DNA of 64,000 nucleotides from Yuukianura sp. NJ FZ-2021 (Eukaryota), in assembly GCA_046563655.1 (NCBI GenBank), contig CM102289.1, positions 5,394,001 through 5,458,000 of the forward strand, given 5' to 3'. How positions within the stretch are numbered: position 1 is the stretch's first letter; every line of letters starts with the position of its first letter. A program made the position numbers and the translations under genes. Positions 49,821 through 61,600 of this stretch are shown in pieces. The notes beneath the pieces were generated by a model that saw only the letters and a program-made list of their open reading frames with translations, was not told the origin of the DNA and did not search any database.

Positions 49821-52503
49821 AGCGTAGGGTGAAGTGAATGGAAGAAGAGTCATTCGGATAGTTCAGTTTCCACTTTCCTGGAGAGGAGATAGGGGAATCA
49901 TATTAGACTTTTTATGACAGCCAAACCTCTTTTCGGGCCTTTCTGCACTACTTTCTCCTTAAAACTATTTGAGTCTTCCTACATCGCATCCTTGTCACAA
50001 AATTCCCTTTGTGCCAAACCCATGTCCCTTATGCCCTCGAAAAGTCGTTTTCTTACAAAAAGATTCCTATTTCCTAACTCCCTCCGCTGCCCAACTCTGC
50101 ACCACCTTCTCATTGTCCGCATTTTATGGCCTACTTAACCCCACTCTGCATATCCACATCGACGATAGCCTCGAGACGCAAGCCGCAGGGCCGTATCGTA
50201 GTTTGACAAGGCCCAACAACAAAATATTTCTGCACATAAACATTTCATTTCCAGAGCTATAAGGTTCAAGTCCAAGATTTTTAAAGTTTCTTTTTGATGG
50301 GTTAATTTTGGAATAGATTTGGTTTAAAAATTTTCTTACAGTTTCCAAAAACAAATTTTTTGGGTTGAAAACTAAACTTTTTATGAATACTAAACACTAA
50401 TTTGGATCCAAATGACCGCTGAGTGCTTTGGAGTCTCTCTGGCACATCAAATATGAACATGACTGAAATTGTTACGACCCTGCAGAGCCTTTAATGTCGC
50501 TTTTGTGAACGACCTCCTTTATGACAGCAAAAGTGAAAGTATGTTTTCTCCATGTCGACGCAGCGTCATCATCCAATAATTTCCAAACTCTCTGCATATG
50601 TCACTCTGCCTTTGCATCTGTAGGACTCTACGCTCCAGTAAACTGATCTCGCATCCGCTTCCGTAAATTAGAAACAGGCGATTCCCGAGAGACGGAACAT
50701 GAAACGATTTTTGAGAACGGCGGGTAGTGGTTTTATAGCATGAATTATGTAAAACTTGATCCCTCTCGACGGAATTGTCAGTAGCATTTTGGACTAACTT
50801 AAATTCTCAGCGGAAGACTTTTTAACACACTTAACAAGCGACTGCCGCGCAGAGAGTGAGAGACGGCCAATTTTCTCTTTTCTTCCTTTTGAATTTTTCG
50901 CGAGTTTTGAAAAAAAAAAATATGACTTAAACCTTATGAATTACAAAGTGACGCTGGAATTTGTTGAAAGTTCTGTTAACTTCTGTCAGTCAGCTTGTGA
51001 TTTTTCTTAAGGGAATTTTGAAATATGCACTTCTCCCCTCACTTTGAGTCAAATTTATGCTAATTAAGTCACAGTTTCAAGTTTTCAGGAAGTAAGAAGA
51101 AGGCAGCGAATTTCATTAAACTTTGAAAACGAAAAAAGCGACTGCATATTTTAATTTCTTTTTTGAGTTTCCGCTCTTGAGTGCATCGATTTTGCATGGA
51201 CGAGCATTCGAGAGAAAACGTTTCTAATTTTCTCTAACTTAAGACTTTTTTTTCCACCATACTTTCAAAATTAGTTTTCAAAACAAAAAATACTTCGTTT
51301 TGTATGATTTGTGAAAAAAAAATTCATGAAATTTTTTTTGGTACAAACTCTTGTACGCACTCCTCTGTTATAAGTTTGGTATGTTTATTGAATTTGTTAG
51401 GAAAGAAGGAAGACCCTAAATGAATTGAAAACTTCCTTCTCTTTTCCATCCAACTTTCTCTTTTTGATAACTTTATTTTTTCAAAAATATTTCCTTACTC
51501 TTTTACGAATATTTTCGTTCCTCCAAGGAATTGGATTCAAAATTTAAGGATCGAAAAAAAATGCGGAGGAGGGCGGATTCGAACCTTCCAGCTACATCTT
51601 TTCGTCATTTTGGAATTTCAAACTTTTGCGTTTTTCCTCCCACACTTTCTCCTTGAATCCCTTGCTTTTTCCACATAGTACGAAGTTTCTTATTGATTCA
51701 GAGAGTGCAAGTAAGAGAAAGTCTCATCAACAACAGACGTTCGTCTTCCTTATTGAATTATTTTCATCCTATCAGGTTTTCGAAAATTCGAACAAGACAA
51801 GAAACCGAAAAAATAGAAAAAGTACGCATTTGGCAACGGCTCCTCCATGGGGAACAACGATAGACGCAGAGCGGGAATTGATGGTTTGAAACAAGGCTGG
51901 AATTGAACGGTTCCGCCTCATGCTGTGAAAATACATTCGATATGTTGGGCAAAGTTGAGATGATTTCATTATTATTTTCAATCTGAGAAAAAAATCAAAG
52001 TAAATTTTCAACTTCAATCAAACGATGATTGTCTTTTAATTTAAAAGAAAAATCAGTTGAAAGCTTGGAAATATAAAAGACAAACTCAAAGCTTGCTCAT
52101 CAGTTTTCCGTTCTTGTCAATGTCAAACACAGAAAATAGTTTGAGAATGAAGTATTTTTTATTTTTGTGAATGTACGTTTCTTGTTTTTGTTTTGTCTTT
52201 TTGCAAAAACTGCTCAGGTATGAAAACGCCCGGTAGAATTCTGTCCAAACTCTTATCGGTGACAACGACAGTCTCTTCAGTTCAATTGAACAAAACATGG
52301 GAGAGGATAGTGCAGGGATGTGTGAATCCATTGTTCGGAACAAAAAAAAACGCACTGTAGAATAAAATAAGGAAATGAGGTTTTGGATATCTTTTTCTTG
52401 GAAGGGAAACGCTGTCGTCTCCACTTCTTCCTTAAACTGATTTACGGCCATCCAAAGCCCATTCTTAACTCAAGGACTCGATGGTATCCCAGAAGCAAGG
52501 AAA

Positions 52504-52564
52504 TTCAAAGAAGGTTGTGCCCAGCTCTGTTTCCTTCAAAAGGGTTTTGCCCGGCTCTGTTTCT
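52504..52564. repeat. Short diverged tandem duplication (~30-bp unit)
   Basis: TTCAAAGAAGGTTGTGCCCAGCTCTGTTTCC followed by TTCAAAAGGGTTTTGCCCGGCTCTGTTTCT. Confidence 0.7.
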
Positions 52565-55500
52565 CTTTTTATGTAGATTCAACCAACTCCCCCTTCAACA
52601 ACCCGCTTGTTCTAATGCCCACATTTTAAAGGAAAATGGAACACGACAGGAAGAAATAGAATCGAGATAGGAAGGACTTCAGTTTTATCCTGCAACTACC
52701 GCAGCCTTCGAGCGTGCTTTTTTGAATTCTGTACGATTGCCGCTTCGCTCTCAAACCTTGGTCCTATCTCCAAAATAAACCCGCCCTTTGTCCTTGTCGA
52801 GTTCAATACAAAAATACAGACAAAAGACTTCCAGTGCACAGAGCCAATTTTTAAAAACTCTGATTTTTTGCAACATTAAACTAAACAACTTTAGTTTTTA
52901 GACCTTCTGACTCATTTCTGAAAAATAAAATGTAAGAAAGCGTTTTAAATAGAACGTATTCCGGGTTTTCCTTTGCCTTTTTGCGCTGAGCTTAAAGAAA
53001 ACATGCGTTTTGTTTGGAGTTTAGTTTATGGCGATGAGTTTTTAAAAATTGGCTTTGTACTTGAATTTGTGGCGAGGCAGGAGGAGTGTCCAACTGTAAG
53101 AAATCTTTGGTAAAAGTAAACCACAGTACTGTTAAGTTATGCACTCTGTCCGCAGTGGTTTCCAGGAGTGGCAACGCCCTCTTTTTTCTTGTCTGGATTT
53201 GCTTCTACAGATATTGAATCGCATACTGAGCAGTGGCGGTTTTATTCAGATTTCATTGTGGTAACACAATGCAGAGCCTAATGAACCAAGACTCTCCTTA
53301 TCCAGAAGGTACAAGAGAAAGAAAACTTTCACCATCATGTTTTTCTTCAAAAAATTCTTTATCCAAAATGCTTCGACAGAAAAAGCTTTCCTTGGCAACA
53401 TTGTAACCCAACTAGAGTAGAATATCTTTTAAGCAAGATTTCCTTGAAAACGTAGCCTGACAAAAATAACTAACTTGATCTACATTTCAATATGTTGTAA
53501 CTAACTCAAAAACTGTCTAAAATTTTGAAAATTCAAAAGAATGAAAAAAACTTCTTTGTTGTTGCAAAATTTAAAAAAATGGAACCTGCTCTAGTTTTTT
53601 AGTAAGTTGATCCACTTTTTAAAGAAAAAACTAAATTCTTTGTTGGTTAAAGTAATCTTTTAATACCACTCCACTCAACGTTATAATTTCTTTCGAAGGC
53701 AGGCAGGGAGAAACCGAGGCTTACGGGCTTTGGTGACAATGCGTGAGTATATGTTGGATGGCTTTGAGGAGGAAGAAGTGTTTTGTGAATTCGGGAAAAA
53801 GAAAGTTGAGGAAGACGCAGAGCAGGAGGCTTTTCACCACAATCCTCCCTGTGTACCAAACTTTTGGTTGAGTCTTATGGTTTGGGGAAATAGTGTTGGT
53901 TGAATGTGGATTTGAGTGTATGGGAGAGATGCAAAGTTGAATTGAAGTGGAGTGAGGCATTAAATGTTACATTATGCTTAGGACGAAGAAAGACCAGGAT
54001 TTCATTTCCCACAGCCTAAAAAGCCAACTTAAGACGCTTTCTTTTCCCTTCTCCAACGCACTTCCTCTCCTGAAGAAATTCAACGCTTCTCAGGAGGAAA
54101 TAAAAAAAAAGTAGAGAAACATTCCATATACTCTCTCCTGAATCATATTCACTACGCGTCTCGAATCCGCAGATCAAAGTTCTAGTTGGTTATATAATTT
54201 CGGCTAAAATTCGTTTGCGAATGTCACAGAGTCAGAGGTTAATACAATTTCTGCTATATTGGCACGTCAAAATCCAACAAGAAACCAGCAAGCATATTCT
54301 TTATTTCAGAAAAATTTTTGTAATTTTTTGTTTCAACTGTAATTTAAATTCTATGAGTTTTGCTTTATTTAAAAAGTTTAAGTTGAAACAAATTCTAAAT
54401 TCAGTATTTGAAAATTACTCAAGTGTTAACTTATTTCTCAAATGTTTCTTTAGAAGACTGAGTTTAGAGAAAGTCGTTCACGGTTTTCAGTTCCGTTATC
54501 TTTAGTTCATAATTTGATACAGTGAAGAGCTTTTGGTAAAAGCAGGAAGATCTTAAATTCAAATCCGTTAAGTCTTTTATATTACATCAAGATTACAAAG
54601 CTTCAGCAGAGAGATAAAAATTAGACCAATTGAGAGCATCTCGTTCATTTTCATTTAAATAGAAAACAGCCAAACTCATATTTTTCTTTGTAAATTTTTT
54701 GTTCTTTGTTTTCTCTTTTAAAGTTAATCAAAAAGTGCATTTCAACTAGATCTTTTCTTGCATTTGTTTTCAATACTGCACAAGTTCTATTGCGGTTTAT
54801 ATCGGGTACTAGAAAATTCACTCTGCTCTTCTTGTTTCTCTACAAAACTAAATGTAATCAAATGGCTTCATTTTTCTGTTGCATGTTGCTCTTATTCCCA
54901 TATACAAAATTGGATCCCAAATGTAAACATTACAGAAAATTCATATTTTCGATAAAAGTAGAAAAAATTCATTTGAAACTTTTGCAAAATACAGCTCAGA
55001 ATATTTCGAACTCTACGAAAGCAATATCATACAATTTCCACTGTTGCATTTCGTACCAATTTCAATTTGGTTGTAAAGCTTCCTATGTATGAGAATGTTT
55101 AAAAAGCCTTTCCCATTTCTCAGAACCTAATCGAATTCAAAAGTGGTCCAATTCATTTGAACATGTTTGAACATTTTGAATTTATTCAAAAAAGTGCCTA
55201 AGTTAAGAAGACCTGGTTGGGCCTCCAGTTGGAAGTTGTGGAGCATAACAAATTGCCTCTCAAACGTCAGAATTGGACAGCAATGTCTTCGTATCTCTGA
55301 TCTGAGTAAGTGGCTCCGAATTTTAAATTGGCAAAACAGTTACTTCCTCCCTCCAAAAATCCTTTCACTCTCACTTTTATGTTGTGAACTAAACAAATAC
55401 GGAAATTGGTCTAAACCTCAGACAGACAGGAAAGAAGGTCATTAAAATTACATGAACGTGAGCGTAGAGTGAGGGATGCGCAGGCGCAGACAGACGCGCA

Positions 55501-55607
55501 TCCCTAATCTTCTCATTAATCAATCACTTGCTCCCTTCAAGCTCCTTTCACCTCCTTTCCTCCTTTGCTGGAGCAGAAAAGTTCAAGATTCTCAAGATTA
55601 TGCTAGA

Positions 55608-55636
55608 TACTACATACTACATACATACATACTACA
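55608..55636. repeat. Degenerate (TACA)n/(TAC)n microsatellite
   Basis: TACTACATACTACATACATACATACTACA. Confidence 0.7.
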
Positions 55637-58600
55637 CTAACTTTTTATTGAGATAGATAAGCACGATTCAAAATTCAAGAATTTTTAAACCATTTTTCAA
55701 AAAAATTGAATGACTTATGTCAGAACTCGTCGGGTGGGCATTCTTCAGGTTTAGATTAAAACGTCCAATTAACGAAGAAAAAGTAATTGTGCAAATGGTG
55801 AAGTTATGTTGTGCAAATTTGCGCATGGTAGTTTCGTTTTAATATTTCCGGAGTTAGTTTCACCTTGGAAGCGTGGAGAAAGTATAGCAAAAGAGGTTCC
55901 GTGTCTCATAAAATATTTGAAATTCCTGTGCTTGCCCTCCCTCGACATCAATGCTTTCTCCTGGAGCTCCTAAACACCCCATTGTGTCTTTCACCATAAT
56001 TCAAAGTTTGGCGGCGTTAATCATTCATGGGAGACTTGGCGCTTGAGGCCTACGAAATTGGATCTTTCACCTCCTCTAAACTACTTTCCTAAAGACCCAA
56101 AGTGTTCAAGTCTGCCTCTGCATGAATGTCCCAGACAACCCTGAACCTTAATCACGTTTCATTATTCCCGCGGCACAAACTACACCCTACTTTTGGCGCT
56201 AGTTATACTAAATAAAAACTCATTAGAAACTAAATACAAAGCTGTGTTTGTCCTCTAGAACCAAGAAACTACAAGTGAAAGTGTCTTTTTCTACTAGCTT
56301 TAATCTCTGCACAGCAGTGTCACGTTTTCTTTGATTAAAACATCTTGCCTATAATTTCGACTTTCTTTGACAATATGGTACGTGGCTGTAATTGGAGGGA
56401 AAATTCAAAAACTAAAGTTTCTCTTTCGAAAGGTCTTAATTAACAGAAGAGTGGGAGGATAGGCAAAGTCGAAACAGTAGCTAAAGAGAAGGCGGGAATT
56501 TGAAAAGTCCCGGGAAAAGTTTTAGGGGGGAAAACATTTCCCCGGGGCCATATAAATTTCTAATACAAAAGAGGGCCTTAAGTGCTTGATAATGAAGATG
56601 AGAACTACTGGGGAGAAAGTTAAGTTTTCATGGGAGGAATTGAAGGAACAAGGAATACGTGGTGTGTACTTGCGGTTTGAAATGCAACTTTGTAACGATG
56701 GTGGTACCAACATCCTACTTTCTCTTAGTTCACCCTAAGTTTCAAAAAAAGACACGTACTTTCTCTGGTTTGACTTTGAATTTGCTAATAACCTGGAGGA
56801 AAGACCAGAGGTTAGCACTGTTACGACCGTTACTGCGTTCCAAGAGGCCGTTACAAAGAGGAACATTAGTATAGAGAAAGTAAGAGTTTCACTTTTGGCG
56901 GTCTAACTACCAAGACTTTTTCCTGGGTTTGTCACTATCTTCCTTATGAATAGTTTTCAAAAAGTCTTTCTTTCAACTTTCTCCCGCCGAGATAACGTCC
57001 CACATTCCCGCACTTTCTTTTCGAATTCAAAATTTTCCAAGACTTATTATCAGCTCTCCCCCGAGATGTTTTACAACATTACGTTTTATAATGTTTTTCT
57101 CCTTTTTCTTTTTCCCACTCATTTCGAAACCATATTCCAACAGAAGTTAACCACTCAAGATTAGTTTGACTTTGAACAAAAAAAGCAATTTTGCAAAATG
57201 CAAAAAAAAATTACTTTGAGTAAAAATTTTATTTAGTTTTTATTTTATTTTTCAACTCAAGGTGAAAAGTAAACTCATCATTTTCGGAATTGGTAATTAA
57301 AACTGCATATTTCATCAGATCGACTGTGGAAGAATATAACTACTTTTTTTTTGAACCGAAGTAAGAAAACCCCAGGAATTTCAAAATTTTGAAAATAAGC
57401 TGGATTAGCCGATTACTTTAAAAAAAGAGGTTAGAACGAGGAGGAGAACTTTTCCTTTTGGATTTGGATGAGTTAGTTTCAAAAGGAGAAAGTATTTGAC
57501 AAGCTCTCAGGAAAGTTGTAAGTTTTTTTTTTCCAGTGTACTACTTCTTTTGCACTTTTTTTCATTCATGGGCACACAGTCTCATCTTTCAATATCTTTG
57601 TCCAAACTCTGAAAAATCCAAATTGGGAAACCAAGAAAAGATAAAACTTTTTCCCTTTCTTTTCTTTCGAATTTTCGCCAGGACTTTCCAATGCCCTTTG
57701 GAAATTGGAACTTTTTTCTTATTCAACTGCTGCCGAGGAGTCCTGAATTGTGAAATAAATTTCAAAAAACTCTCGGCCAGGAAAGTAGACATTTTTTAAA
57801 ACTAAGAATTTTTTTAAACTTTACTTCCCAAAACAGAAACACAAGTCAATATTTTGAACAACAGAAACTGTTATCAGTCAAGTCAGAACCACATTTCTTT
57901 GCAGCGGTCAAAACACAGAAAGTCAGCCAAGGTCAAATTCGCAATTTCCTTTGAATTTTTTTTCTTTAACAATAAACGAGCAACTATCTCCAGTTTCATG
58001 CCCGAATTGAAAACTCAAACTGCGCGATTACGGCGCAATCTCCAATTTCACAAATTCCTTACTAGCGCCAAATTTGAACCTCATTGATCAAAGTCAAAAT
58101 TTTCTAGAGCTGTTGTGGTGGTACTGCTGTTGGCAGTTTCCACTCTGCAGAGCTTTTGCGAATGAATTTTGAAACCCATTTTTCATTTTTTCCTTCTTAG
58201 ACCACTACACTAGTGCACTACAAAGGCTAATTGGAAGTGAAAGTCAAGGGAAGAGAATATCTGAGTTTGCAGTTTCCTTTGCCAAGATTTAAAATTCAAA
58301 ATTTTCTTGCAAAAAAAAAACAAGTTGATTTGTGGTGAAATATGCAGATTTGTAGATTTGAAATTTTCGGGCGCCATATCTAGACTAAACCAGAAACTTT
58401 CTCTTCAACTCCTTCTTTTCAGAGAAAGTGGAAAAAATCACTTCAATTCCATTGGATTTCCGATTCTTAGACTTTGAAAATTGCAATTTCTTGGCAGTTT
58501 TTGATCTTTCGGTGTTAGTAATCTTTCTAAGAAAAAAAATGCGGAGAAGATTTTTCTTCTCGCCGCCTTTTAATTGCGTCTACTCACTGCGTTCTTTCAC

Positions 58601-61600
58601 TCTGTCGTTAAGTATCAACTTTCGTTCTCTGCTGAAATTCTCCTGCGACAATTTTCTCTTTGTTTTTGGATCTTCCAAGAACGGAGAAAAACTGTCTTCG
58701 TATTTTCTCTCTGCCTGATAACATTCCCCAAACTTTCACCGCCACGCGTCAACACTTTTATCCTCTTTGGTCCTTTTTTCCAAAAAGCAAGAAAAAGTGA
58801 AAGTGAGGGAAGAAATAAGAAACAGACGCCTCTTCTCATTTACTCCAAACTTTCTTTTTCCTCTTCTCTGGATTCGAATTATGTCCAGAGACTGATCTGG
58901 ATTTAATACTTTCTTTTCCTATCCTAACATTCTCCAACATGAAACCAGATGCTAGACTGAGAACAAACAAGATCACTAGAGCACCGGAGTGAGAGGGGAA
59001 AGAGCACCAGACTGCACCGAAGAAACAAAAATTAATAAAGCACCATTCTTCTAAAAAGTTAAATTTTGGAAAAGTTATGAAGAAACAAAAGTTTCTTCAT
59101 TGATGAAAAAACCGGCTAAAATGAATAACTTGCTCTTGACCTTTGGCACTCTTGAATCTTGATCTAAGCTTAGTTTTAAAACTGAAATTAGTTTTTGCGA
59201 TGATGTTTTTTCTTAAACTGAAACTTTCAAAAAAAATTGTTTAAAGTTGTTCATTTGTGGAACGGCGCCTATATCTGAAAAAATGTTGAAAACTAAAGTC
59301 TGAAGGAAGAGATTAATAAATGAGAAATGATTAAAGGTTGATTATAGTTTTGCTGAACTTTCTTTTCCTTCTAGAAACTGCAGCAGTGCATAAGACAATG
59401 CACCAAATTTCAAATTTTGGTGTCAAAAGCGCCCTAAGCTCAAAGTAATAAATTTTCAAATTTCCGATTCCGCTGGAAAGCTTCTAAAGCACCGCCCCTT
59501 TTTCTTTATAAGAAGTGTGTCTTTTCTGTAAAACTTTAATTTTCTATGTCATTCATTCTCATTGTTGAGTTTTCTCCTATAGCCTTGGGCATGAGGATAA
59601 TTCATTTCGTTCAAATTTTCTTGTTTCCTCTCGTTTTTTCATATTTGCAGCAGTTCCTCCAATTTCGAAAATTTCCACTTTCTCCTAACTAAAAAAAAGT
59701 CTTAAAGATTTGGCTCCCGCCGTTTTGCTTCAGAGGGGGCCAACTCCACAAACGGATTCTTGATTACGACTCGAATTATTTCTCATTCTGAAGTGAAATG
59801 ACTCTGCGTGGAAGTTTTTGTCCAGCCAATGGTCCATTGCTGGTCGTTTAGTCGTCTCCATAGTAACAAAGATGTGATCCCTCTGGATAAAGTTTTCTGG
59901 AAGAGTCATTTCCATCTTCTGACCACACCAAAGACCATCATGGACCACACGACCCTAATCTAGGAGCAATAAAGACCGGTCCACAGCAGGGCATCCTGCT
60001 GTGTCTCTCCCTTCCACATTTTTATCCAACGAACGTGACTTCATGACCTTAGAAAAGTTTAATCTCGCCGGCAGACAAGGCATGGAAGGCTCACTTCGAA
60101 TTGGATGATTTCCTATTATTAAATAGAAAACTCTCCCCATCATAAAATTTCAGTCTAACCTATGCTCCTAGCTTTGTTCATTTTCAAAATGAGGTCCTTG
60201 TTCTCAACGACCAAAAATTCTTGTCTTTTATTTTTTTGAAAAGCGGGAACTTTTTTGAAATCTCTAGAGGGCCAGAAGGAGGATGGAATGATGGATTATA
60301 AAGAGAAAGGTTTTTCGTTCTATTGGATTTGAGAAGCCACGAGTATAAAGTGTAGTGCTAAAAACCAAAAGAAAAAAACGCATGCCTCGCGAGCTATTCT
60401 GCAGCCCATTAGATAGTTAAGGAGACAAGGAGAGTGAGCTCTTATGAGATTTTTGTGGAGAACGTAAGAGTTTGAACTGAAGAGGAAAAGTGCAGAGTGG
60501 AGTAGAGAGAGATTTCAATTAGTGAGGAATCGGGTTCAAGGGCTGGTGAAAGTACAATGGAGAAACTAATTCAAAGTCCAATTTATTCCGTCACTAAGGA
60601 TTTGGCCTTATTGTTTCTTCCTCAAAATGAAATAATTTTGAATCAAATTATTTTCCAAATGTGTAATTCTTTATAGGATTTACACATTATTACATGATGT
60701 AAGCATAGCATATTGTGGTCGCTTTCTAATTAGGTTCTCGCTTTTCAAAATTTTCCAAAATTGTAACCTACTTAACTTGAAAATTGGAAAGTAACAAGTG
60801 GAGCGAGAATGGCCCAATTACTCATGCGGATATTTCAAATTTGGTCAACATATGCCACTCAAAAGGTTTCCATGAGTTTGAATTTCAGGCCTAAAACTGA
60901 AACCTTCAAAATCAAAATGACATTTTCAAAACCTCACACGTTTTGAATTTCAAAACAAAACATGCCAAAATGTCAACCGGGAAAGTCCGAAATTAACCTC
61001 AGACTCGGTAAACAATTAGCACAGTGAAAGCGTAACTTTCCCAAATCCTGAATTTGGCACTCAAAACACCTCTATAAATATACACTTCATGTCTCACATA
61101 CATAATAAAATCGTTAAAAATTTACGAAAATGGTAGCCTTGAATTATATTGCGTAAGTGAAAGCACCAGTTTACAAAGAAATCATCAGAATACCTATTTA
61201 AAAAATTTGATTTCAAAATTTGATTGTTACATTCAAAATTTTAATTATCCTGTCGTCTGTTTGTGTTGTTTTTTTTTTGGTACAGTAAAATATACTGGAA
61301 ATACCTTAAGAAATGTGCACAATTGGGAGTGTGTAGGGAATTGGAAGTTGAAGTTGCATTTCCTTCCTTATGGTAAATCTCGGGAGACTTTTTTTTTACT
61401 TTTTCTTTGAGCGGATACTTTTCGCTTGCGACATCATCCTCCGCCATACGGTAGCAAAATTGTAATGATGCCCCGCCGGTGTTGGTGGGTCTCCATCGGT
61501 GGTGGCAGTTGAGGTGATGGCGGGGTATCAGTTTCCCTTTTGACTGGTGGCGCAAGGTTCAATCAAGGGACTGCTAAGGGCCTGGAATTGAGAACCCGCC

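Noticed and set aside
51555..51640. Minus-strand B-box GGTTCGAATCC followed by a T-run, suggesting a tRNA or SINE
   Set aside because: The T-stem does not pair and I could not build an A-box, D-arm or anticodon arm. At most an isolated TFIIIC-type site.
33500..61000. Many short 60-130 aa ORFs in the ORF track
   Set aside because: Mostly non-ATG starts with low-complexity F/K/L/S composition and no domain signatures; consistent with chance ORFs.
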